NCBI GenBank assembly: GCA_000388065.2
Contig: KB932201.1
Strand: one strand, 5' to 3'
DNA: 19,219 nt
Source of the DNA: Fonticula alba ATCC 38817
Lineage: Eukaryota > Protista > Nucleariida
The notes beneath the pieces are model-generated. The model saw only the letters and a list, made by a program, of their open reading frames with translations, searched no databases and was not told the DNA's origin. The stretch's first letter is position 1. The number at the start of each line of letters is the position of its first letter. The position numbers were made by a program, and so were the translations under genes. Of this stretch, positions 10,532 through 19,219 are shown one piece after another.

Positions 10532-10571
10532 GCCCTCGGGTTCCTTGCCCTGCCGCCCCCTGGCCGCACAG

Positions 10572-12755
10572 GGCTACACGGTGATCGAGCTGAATGCCGG
10601 CATGAAGCGGTCCTCCCTGGAGGTCCTGTCGCAGGTGGGCGAAAGCCTGCGGTCACATCGCGTGGCGGCGGCGGCGGCGGCCCCTGGGCGCTCGGCGGCC
10701 GGTCCGCTGGCCCGCTTCCGAGCCAGCAGCCAGCTGGCATCCCCGGGCGCCCAAGTCGGCCGGACTGCCATCCTGGTGGACGATGCCGATGTCATCTTCG
10801 CCGAGGACCGGGGCTTCGCGGCGGCCCTGGTGCAGATGATCGCCCAAACCCAGCGACCCATTTTCCTGACGTGCCAGGGTGCGTGCTGGGGCTTTTCCCC
10901 CCTCCCCCACTCTGCCTCTTCGGGCCAGCCCGCCTTGGGCATCCCCCCTGCCCCAGCCCCAGCACTTCAGCGATCCCCATCTCCTCCTGTTTGAGGACCC
11001 CGGCATCGGGTGTCCCTGCCCCTCCTCCCCCGGTGCCTGTGGATGTCTCACACTGACATGCGCTTCCCCCGCCCCCGCCCCTGCCCGCCAGATGTCAACA
11101 TGCTTCCGCTTTTGAGCAATGCCCTGGTCCTGCCACTGGAACAGGCTCCGGCCGAGGAGGTGGACGAATATCTGGGTCTGCTGAGCCGGCTGGCGGCTGG
11201 CCGGGCGTGTGGCCCTCCGGCCGTGACGCGCTCGGGGGAGGCCGACTTCGGTGCCGCGGCCCCGGTGGACCTGCGCTCGCGGCTGATGAACTCCCCCTCT
11301 GGCGGTGCGCCGCCGGACTTGGGGCCCGATCCGGCGGGTCTCCGGCCCCCGCGGCGCGAGGCATTCGGCGTGTGGCCGGCCCGCCGGGAGTCGGCCCCCC
11401 CCGGGGGGGCTTCGTCCGAGCTGCTGGCCGAGGCCCGGCGGCTGGACGCCCTATCGGCTGGGCTGGCGTCCGGGCCGTGTGCTCGCTTGCGCCGGGCCCG
11501 CGCGGTCCAGCATCTTCGAGCCCTGCGTGATGGGGTCCTGCTGGACCAGTCGGACTTTTCCGAGTTGCTGGACTTGTCCACTTGCCCGGGCCCATCGGCG
11601 GGCCCCGGGGCGGGGTCCGCGGCCTCGCTCGTTGGGCCCGACTCGGCGCCGCACACGCCGGACCGGCCCCGGGCCATGCTTGGGTCGGGGTCCTCCGCGG
11701 CGTTGGTAGCCGGCTCGCCATCTGGCGTTCTCTCGGGGCCCGGAGCCGGGCTCGGCGGGCCCACCAGCGCCGAGGTGTCTTTGCAGCTTCTGCTCCAGGA
11801 CCGGACGGTGTCGCTGGGCCGCCGCCGGCGCGTGGTCGACTTGCACCCTTGCGACCTGTGGCCGGACCGGGGCAGCGTGCCGCAGCAGGCCCAGGATGGT
11901 CCCTGTCCGCTGGGCGGCGGTCGGGAATGCGTTGTCTGCCGGCCACCGGGGGTTCCCGGGGCCCCGGGGCCCGGGGATCCGGCTCCCCCGCTGGCACCCG
12001 ACCTGCCGCATGCCGAGTATCGACTGCTGGCCGGGGCGGTGCGCATGCCGCACCGGGTGGCCACCGGGCTGGGCCGGCTGCCGGACATGGCCCCGAGCTC
12101 GGAAGCGAGCAGCACCAGCGGCCCGGCACGACGCCGGGCAGCGCTGGACGCGCGATCCGGTCCCCTGCGCTTTGATTTGCACCAAGTGCCCGGGTCGCCG
12201 GACCGGCTGCTGGCCGAGTGCGGCCTTCACCAGCTCGCTGGCGCGGTGGCCCTTTCCGGGCCAGCCACCTCCGGCGAAACCGGCCGCTGGCCCACGCAGC
12301 CGGACTCCCTGGTGGCCTTGCGCCCGGGGCCGGCACTGGAGGTGGCCGGCTTCCTGCGGCATGTGCACCGGGCGCGGGCCGAGGGCGCGGGCGCCGGCTG
12401 CCGGCGGTCATCTCGGCGCGTTGGCCGGGTCAGCTACACGCACTTCCCGGCGGTGGTGTCGCCCCCGGTCCCGGGGCCCATGGCGGGGCCCCCGGGGGGG
12501 TTGAACTTGCGGCCGCCACCGGCGCGAGGGTCCAAAGGCTCGGGGCGCCAAGGCGGCCGATCAGCCGGCCCCGGCCCCGGCCCCGGCCCCGGCCCCGGCC
12601 CCGGCCCCGGCCCCGGCCTGGCTCCTGCCTCGCCCTCCGGCCCCGGCCTGGCTCCTGCCTCGCCCTCCGGCTCCGCCCCCGTGCCGGCCCCTCGGGCCTC
12701 GCCCTCCCTCCTCAAATACTTCAAACCGCCGGCCGCCGGCGGAGGGGCGACATGA
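10572..12755 (+). CDS. ELG1: ELG1/ATAD5-like RFC large subunit, 3' part: exons 10572-10878, 11092-12755
   Basis: After acceptor CACAG (10571) the exon reads GYTVIELNAGMKRSSLEVLSQVGESLRSHRV...TAILVDDADVIFAEDRGFAAALVQMIAQTQRPIFLTCQ. This carries the ELNA motif, Walker B (10770-10799) and the RPxxLTC sensor region typical of ELG1/ATAD5. It continues AEF from 3948 in phase 0. Intron 10879-11091 (GTGCGT..CAG) is in phase; stop TGA 12753-12755. The five exons from ATG 51 total 5571 nt = 1856 aa. Confidence 0.85.
12567..12671 (+). repeat. (GGCCCC)8 Gly-Pro repeat followed by a near-30-bp tandem duplication (GLAPASPSGP/S) in the ELG1 C-terminal tail
   Basis: Read directly. Confidence 0.85.
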
Positions 12756-12884
12756 GGCTGGCCCTCGCTCGCCCTCCCGGCCCCCATGCGCTGTGCCCCT
12801 GTCCCCAAGCCCCAATATACATGCTTTAGACAAATACCTGCGACCGCACGTGCGCCCGCCCGGCCTCGTCTACCGGCAGACACG

Positions 12885-12887
<3 letters not shown>

Positions 12888-12915
<28 letters not shown>
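12888..12915. repeat. (CA)n microsatellite downstream of the ELG1 stop
   Basis: Read directly. Confidence 0.85.
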
Positions 12916-12920
<5 letters not shown>

Positions 12921-13194
12921 TCCATACATACACGCATGCACACGCACGGAGGCATGTCTGTTGCGAGCCGGCGTGCATCGCCTACCTTCGCCCGTCGCAT
13001 TTCTCGGCCCGTCCTAGCCTTGCGATCCAGGACAGCCTGTGGGCCTTCCGATCGGGCCGGTTCGTCGGCATCTCGGCATCACCGGGCGATCGCTCTTTCA
13101 CGCGAGGCCGATCCGGGCCGGCACACGCACATACGCCTGACACCTCCCCGGGTGGGTGGGGGCCCCCTGTGCACTTGAGCGCGGCCGGGGGGGG

Positions 13195-13204
13195 NNNNNN
13201 NNNN
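13195..13204. other. Scaffold gap (10 N) in a poly-G run
   Basis: N run flanked by G homopolymer on both sides. Confidence 0.98.
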
Positions 13205-13568
13205 GGGGGGGGGGGCCACGCGTATGCTTCGCTCACCCTTTTGCCCCCCTTCCGCTGTCTCGGGCCTCGCCCGGTTGTGGCCGCCGGCCGGCCTTCCGGG
13301 TTTCCGGTGCGTCTGGCGTCAATGCGGGGCCACAGGAGTGCCATGCGCCGGCCACCGGACCCGACGCAGATCTCCCGGGCACAGGGGCTTCCGAGAAGAA
13401 GGCCCCGAGCCGGCACGGGGGCGGGGGACCGGGGGCCGGGGCGCGGACTTGCACACACCCGGCGGAGCCCACTTGGGCGGGGGCGGCGCGCGCCCGGGCG
13501 GGGAAAGGTGGTATGTGCGTAGGGACGCTCGGGCGCGCCCGCGCCACCACCGCCACCACCGCAGTCGG

Positions 13569-13594
13569 CGACGACGACGACGACGACGACGACG
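13569..13594. repeat. (GAC)n trinucleotide repeat
   Basis: Read directly. Confidence 0.85.
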
Positions 13595-14246
13595 CCGGGG
13601 GCGCCGAATATAGCCGCGGATGGGGGGCGCCCAGGTAACAGTTGGCACTGGGGGCGCCATTGCCGATGAAATGCCCCCACGGCCGGAGGCTCCATTCCGT
13701 GGACGCGCCGGCGGGTATTTCTGCCCGGGTGGCCGGTCTCCCGGGCCAGGGTTGGCCAACCCTGGCTGGTGAATAATGCGCCGGAATGTCCCGCCAGCCC
13801 TGAATGCCGTGTGCTTGATTCCAGCCCCCCCCCCCCCCCCCCGTGTGCCCCGCGCGCCCCCCGGCCCGGGGCGGCCCACCTCCATCCGGACCCGGCGCCA
13901 GGACCCCGCCCCCCGTTGCCGGGGGATATACACATCGCGCCACGGCGCGTCCGCCTCCCCGCGCACAAGACAAGGACTCCATAAATCAACAAGGGCCGAA
14001 GAGAACAGGCAGATACACAACAGGGAGAACATGTTTGGACCCCCGGTTGAAAGGGGGGAGGGGCGCAGGGGAGAAAGAGACAGGCAGAGCCGGGGCGGGT
14101 GGGATGCCCCCCAATGCGACTGGCCCCTCCCCCCCCCCCCTTCGGCCGGGCCCCCCGCTCGCCACAGTGCGAGGGGGGCTACGGACCGGGGGGGGGGAGG
14201 GGGGGGCGGAGGGGGGCGACAAGGGCGGCGCCCAAACGCGTTCCAT

Positions 14247-17200
14247 CTAGTGCCTGTTCCGGCTCAACTTCATGGTCTCTAGCTCCTGCATTGCCAAGGC
14301 ATATTGCATCTGCATAGGGGGGGGGGGGGGGGGGGGGCGGGGGAGGGAAAGCCCACGTTGGGCCAGTACCTGTAGAGAGGTGGCCTGGAAACCGGTGAGC
14401 CCCCTCTACCCGGGCTCATCAAACCCTCCGAGTTTCGGGGCGCCCGACGGCGATCGCCCGCGCCCGTTCGCATCCCCGCCCGCCCCGGCCAACGGGCCCG
14501 GGGGGGGGGGGGGGGGGGGGGGGACGCGCAGGGATGCCGGAACGGGGGAAATGCCACACGAGGGGATGGTCAGTGCCCGGATGCAAAAGCAAGGAGGGCG
14601 CGGCGGGACAGGAATGCAAGGGAGGGGCCCCCCCGGCGCGCACCTTGGCGGCGATCAGGTCCCTCCGCTGGTCGGTCAGGGCCTGCTCGGTCTCCAGGCA
14701 GCTGAGGCGCGCAATGTACAGGGCATTCCGCAGGAAGTGCACATCGCTCGGCAGATGGTCCAGGGAGGACAAGTACGGGTGGAGCTCCGCACCCGGGACC
14801 TGGATCTGGTCCGACAGAGAGAGCGACATGACGGAGGACCTTTCGGACCGCAGGGGCGCCAAGGGGAAGGGGGGCGGGGCGAGGGGAGAGAGGGGGGGGG
14901 GGGCGGCGGCGGCCCGGGCGCAGAGTGTCAGCAGGCGCCCAACAGCAGACCTTGGGGCCGAAAAAGGGGAGGTGCCAGGGAGGAAAAAGCAAGTGAAAAA
15001 AAAAAAGACCGGGAGGCATCACCACGGCCTCCCGCCGCAAGGGCGCACCCGTCGGACCGCAGAGAGCCGCCCGCACCGCCGGCCCGGCCGCCGAGGGGGC
15101 GGTCGCCCGGGGCGCCAGCCCTGTCCCCGGGCAGGTCGGCCTGCGAGTCGCACGGGCCGGCCAGGACGCCGGGCTCGGGGGCCGGCCCCGGCGGGGCATC
15201 GGCCTCGGCGGGCCCCGGCGAGGGGGCCAGCCCGGAGTCTGTCCCCCCGGCGACGTCCGGGTCGCCATCCCCCGGCGGCAGGGGAAGCCCCCCCGGCCCG
15301 GCGGCCGCCTGCACATGGCTCAGCAGCGAGATGTAGAAGCCCACCTGTGACTGGAGAAGGGCATTATCCCGCTGGAGGGTGGCCGCATGGTGGTCCCGCT
15401 CGCGGAGCAGCGCCTCCAGCTCGGCGATCCGCCGGGCCCCGGAGCACGATCCGCAGGGGGCCGGCGCATCGGCCGGGCTGCCGGCCGGCCGGGCCGAGCG
15501 CGAGGCCATGCGCAAGAAGTTCGTGATCTTGGTCGTCTTCGAGGGGGTACCGCCAGGGGTGGAGCCCGGCGCGGGGGGCCGGGCAAGGACGGCGGCCCCG
15601 GCATTGGGGGCGGTGCCGGGCGCTGGGGCGCCGGCCGACGCCGCCGCCGACGCCGACGCCGCCGCCGCCGGGGCTGGCGAATGCTGCGATGAGCTGGAGA
15701 GCCGGCTGAAGGAGAAGAGCGGGGCCGAAGTGGCCGTGGCTGCCGGGCCGGGCGTGGTCAGCCCGGCCCCCGGGGCCGGACTGCCCTCCTCCTCGGCCAG
15801 AGGCTGGTACGGGGTAGCCATCGCCGAGGACCCGGGCCAGAGGCTCAGCGAGTCGGAGGACCCCTGCCCGGAGAAGGCCGGGCTGGTCGGCCCGCCACTG
15901 GGCGGAGTGGTGGGAGCCTCGGGGTAGACCAGGTCCGAGGGGCCGGCCCGGGTGGCGGCCGCGGCGGCCGTGTCCTCCGTGGCGACGATGGCCACGGCGG
16001 GGACGGCCGCCGCCGCCGCCGCCGCCGCCGCTGCGGCCAGCTGACTGGCGGCCTGGTCCAAGACCCGGGGAAGAGGCGGCGGCGGCGAGACAGCCGGCAT
16101 CGGGGGCGGGTCCCCGAAGCCCGTGTAGGGGAAGAAGCGCGCCCCGCTGCCGGACCGGAAGGACTGCCCGGGGTTGGGGTCAGCCAGGGCCGGCGCATCG
16201 AGCGGAGGCCCAATCGGACCGACATAGGCCGCGAAGGCCGGGCCTTGGGGCTGACCAATGTGAAGATCCTCGGGCCCGGCCGAGGGGGAGGGAGAAGAGG
16301 CGCCAGTGGCGGCGGCGGCGGCGGTGGCGGCGACGGCGGCGGTGGCGGCGGCGGCGGTTGCGATCGCGCCCGGGGCCCTGGCCATCGCATCGAAGTAATC
16401 CCAATCGGACCCGGGCGAGCCGCTGTCCTGCCAGGGATCGGGCGAGGCCGAATCGCCAGAGGCACCGGCCGACGACCGGGGCACCTGCAAGCCGGCAGGC
16501 CGGCGCCGACCGACCAGCGCGCCCGCCCGGCCCTGGCGGGCCCCGGCCGAGGAGGACCCCTCGCCGTCGGAGCCGCCCTCCGACTCGGACCCGGCGTCCG
16601 AGCTGTCCGAGTCGACGAGCCCCATGCGCGCGGCCAGAGGCACATGCGGAGCCGTGCGCAGGGGACTATGCTGCAGCATGGACCGCAGCACCGAGGAGGC
16701 GCTGAGAGCCGAACCACCGCCGGCCGGCAGCACGGCCGGCGACCCGCCAGGCACGGCGATCGGCAGCGAAGAGGACGACACACTGCCAGCCGGGCCGCCG
16801 GCCGACGAGCCCGAGGAGTGGTGATGGTGGTGGTGGGGATGGTCGTGGCCGCCATGCGAGGAGCCCGGGGTCCCGGGGGGCGGGTCGCCGGCCCCATCGC
16901 GCCCGAGGACATCCGGCGTCAGGACCGCCTGGGCGTCCATCTGGCGCTGGAGCTGGGCCAGGTGCTTGTCGGTGATGACATCGGCCAGGCGCTGGGCCTC
17001 GACGATGAGGGCGCACGGGTGGTCGAACACCCGCAGCGGCGAGTCGTACTTCAGCACGGCCAGCACCTCGGCCAGGCCGTTGTCGCTGTCGATGGCCAGC
17101 AACAGGCGATTGGCATTCCGCCGGACCAGGGCCACCGCCACTCGGAAGAGGAAGGCCACCCCCTCGGCCAGGAGGACATCCATCACCCGGGCCGAGAAGG

Positions 17201-17451
17201 CCGGCGGCCAGCTCATGGTGAAGAGCGTCAGGAACCACGGCGAGGCGAACATGCTGACATGCAGGCCGACATTGCGCTCGAGCTGCGAGTACACCGGGTC
17301 CGCGTGCTTCCGCAGCAGCACCGTCAACAGGGCCAGGCGCAGGTTGAGCCCCTCCATGTCCTGCACATACATGCTTCGGATGCTGGACGGCGAGGAGTCC
17401 GGGCAGGCCAGGATGACATACGTGGTGGCCGCCGGGTCGGGGGTGCCGTCG

Positions 17452-17485
<34 letters not shown>

Positions 17486-19176
17486 ACCCGGGCCCGGAGC
17501 CCGTGGACAGTCGCATGGCCGGCGGGGCGGCCGGGTGGTCGGCCCCGGGCCCGATGGACCCGGGCGAGCCCGGGGTCGACACGCTGGGCGAGGGGCCCGC
17601 CATGGTGGCCAGATTCGCCGTCCGGACTGACAATTGCGGGGGGGCCGACGAGGCGCCGGGGCCGGAGGAGGTCGACTCGTCCGGGCTCGACTGGTGCCCG
17701 GGGCCGGAGATCACCGACTCCAGGAAGGACATGCCCCCGGGCGGGGGGGATGGGAGGCCGCCTCGGGGGTCGGCCCCGGGGCCGGTGCCGCGTGCGAGGG
17801 CCCCGCTGAGGCCCCCCCGCCGGGGGAAGGGAGCCAGCAGGAAGACCAGCGTCACGAAGGCATCCTCCTCCGGCATGTACTGAAGCAGCAGGTGCACCAC
17901 GAAGGCCAGCCCCTGGCAGTAGCCCACCGTCGGGTCGTACACGGCATAGGCATTGAGCACCGCCGACAGGGAGGTGCTGTTGGACTTGCTTTGGGCCAGG
18001 GAGGGGGACACCGACTGGGTGAGGGTGCGCGGTACATCGCGGTTGATCTGGTCGCGCATGGGAGTGTCCAGCTGCATGGGCACCTCCGCAGAAGGCGGGG
18101 GGGGGGGGAGTAGAAAAGGAAAAAAAAAAAAAAAAGACACGCCAGCCACCAGGGCCGCGGCCCATAGGGAGACGGAGGGGGTCAGAAGGGCGAGGGATGC
18201 AAAGCAGGCCGGCCCAAGGCACCGGGCCCGATCAAAGAGGAGCCTGGCGGCGAAGCGGGGGCAAAAAAGGGCGCGGCGGACAAGAGGGAACCCCAGATGG
18301 AGGGGCATCGGCGCGCACCTCCACCAAGATCCGGTAGTTATGGATGAGCGAGGCCCGGACGGCCGAGCTGGCGGCAAACACCCCGGCCAGGGCCGGCCAC
18401 AGGTGCGCGCGCAGCGAGTGGGGGATCCCCTTGGCCAGGAGCTGCGTGTGTAGGGCTCGCGCATTCCCCATGTAGCTGGCATCGAAGTCCGTGACAAATT
18501 CCGCCCAGAAGGCCCAGTCCGATTGGCTGACATTGCTGTCCTGCTCCTGGTGGAAGGACGGCGCGTAGAGGGAATCATGGCTGCGCAGGGTGCTGGACGA
18601 CTGGGCAAGGTAGTAGGCGTCCCCGCCCGGGGGGGTAGGCTGCTCGGGGGGGTGGGACCCGGGCCCGGCGCTGGCGGGCCTGCCGTCGGCCGAGCCGGCA
18701 TTCGCGGCCCCGGGCGGCCCGGCTGCCGGAGCATGCCGCGTCCGGAGGAGATCCGGCGCGCTGGCCACCGCTCGCAGGGGGTCCTCATCATCCCCGGACC
18801 CGGTCGAGGGCGAGAGAGGCGGCCCGGCGATCTCGGTGGCGGAGGGGGGCCGGCCCCCGGGGCCTGGCGAAGGGGCCGCGCCGGGCCCGGGGGAAGTTGT
18901 CAAAAAGGGTCGGCGGATCTTGTCCAGAAAGGTGTTTAGCCCGCTGTTGTGCGACTGCTGCTGGGGCTGGGGCTGACCGACAGCCGGGGCAGGCGGACCC
19001 GGCTGATCCTCCTGGCCATGGGCGGGCGGCGGTGCGTCCTCCCCGGGCGTCGGCGGCGAGCCCAGGGGCGAGGAGGCGGCCGGGGTGGTTGGGCTGTCGC
19101 CGGGCCCATCCGGCCCCGGGGGCGACGGCCCCGGCGGTGGCGCGGCGGGGGTCGGCGCGGCCAGCGTGACACTCAT
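14247..19176 (-). CDS. TBC-domain Rab GTPase-activating protein, EVI5/RABGAP1/GYP5-like, about 1380 aa; exons 19176-18319, 18071-15049, 14839-14644, (14384-14370?), 14309-14247
   Basis: Motifs: WAFWAEFV...KGIPHSLRAHLW; QINRDVPRT (Arg finger, about 18024-18050); LNAYAVYDPTVGYCQG (Gln finger, about 17910-17924); MFASPWFLTLF; RVMDVLLAEG..FLFRVAVAL; C-terminal coiled coils. Donors GTGCGC at 18318, 15048 and 14643 with in-phase CAG/AAG acceptors. The start ATG and the last two exons are less certain. Confidence 0.88.
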
Positions 19177-19219
19177 TCGTCCCGGTGGCGGCGAGAAGGA
19201 AGAGAGCAACGACGGGGAG

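Noticed and set aside
9982-10584. Poly-proline and poly-glycine ORFs over the poly-C run (9982-10584 +, 10391-11056 +, 10135-10740 -)
   Set aside because: They translate an intronic homopolymer; the real exons in this region are explained by the lipase and ELG1.
15845-17883. Long overlapping ORFs (16245-17630 +, 16966-17883 +, 16666-18222 -, 15845-16912 -)
   Set aside because: Stop-poor shadow frames of the GC-rich TBC gene with no motifs.
1-19219. tRNA, rRNA, snRNA or CRISPR arrays
   Set aside because: No recognisable cloverleaf, rRNA motif or repeat-spacer pattern; all repeats are microsatellites or coding low-complexity.

Overview
Very GC-rich, intron-containing eukaryotic scaffold with short GT-AG introns (about 60-260 nt, C-rich), four 10-N gaps, no RNA genes and no mobile elements. 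Composition and gene style suggest a protist such as Fonticula alba (inference only). Manual splicing gives four genes: (1) an ELG1/ATAD5-like RFC large subunit (+) with a very long Pro-rich/polyQ N-terminus, split between 51-3948 and 10572-12755; (2) a MYCBP/AMY-1-like gene (-, 4432-5002); (3) an SDP1/TGL3-4-5-type patatin triacylglycerol lipase (+) whose exons 1-10 (7579-10388) lie DOWNSTREAM of its last two exons (5872-6952); (4) an EVI5/GYP5-like TBC Rab-GAP (-, 14247-19176). The main observation is that the ELG1 and lipase genes are interleaved and permuted around a shared ccccctcgc/poly-C intronic repeat. Both genes rejoin in the correct phase, and each rejoined intron has exactly one branch point. 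A chimeric assembly is the most likely cause; a circle integration or trans-splicing cannot be excluded from this sequence alone. The splice signals are also unusual: donors are GTRCGY with no +4 A, and AAG acceptors are frequent.
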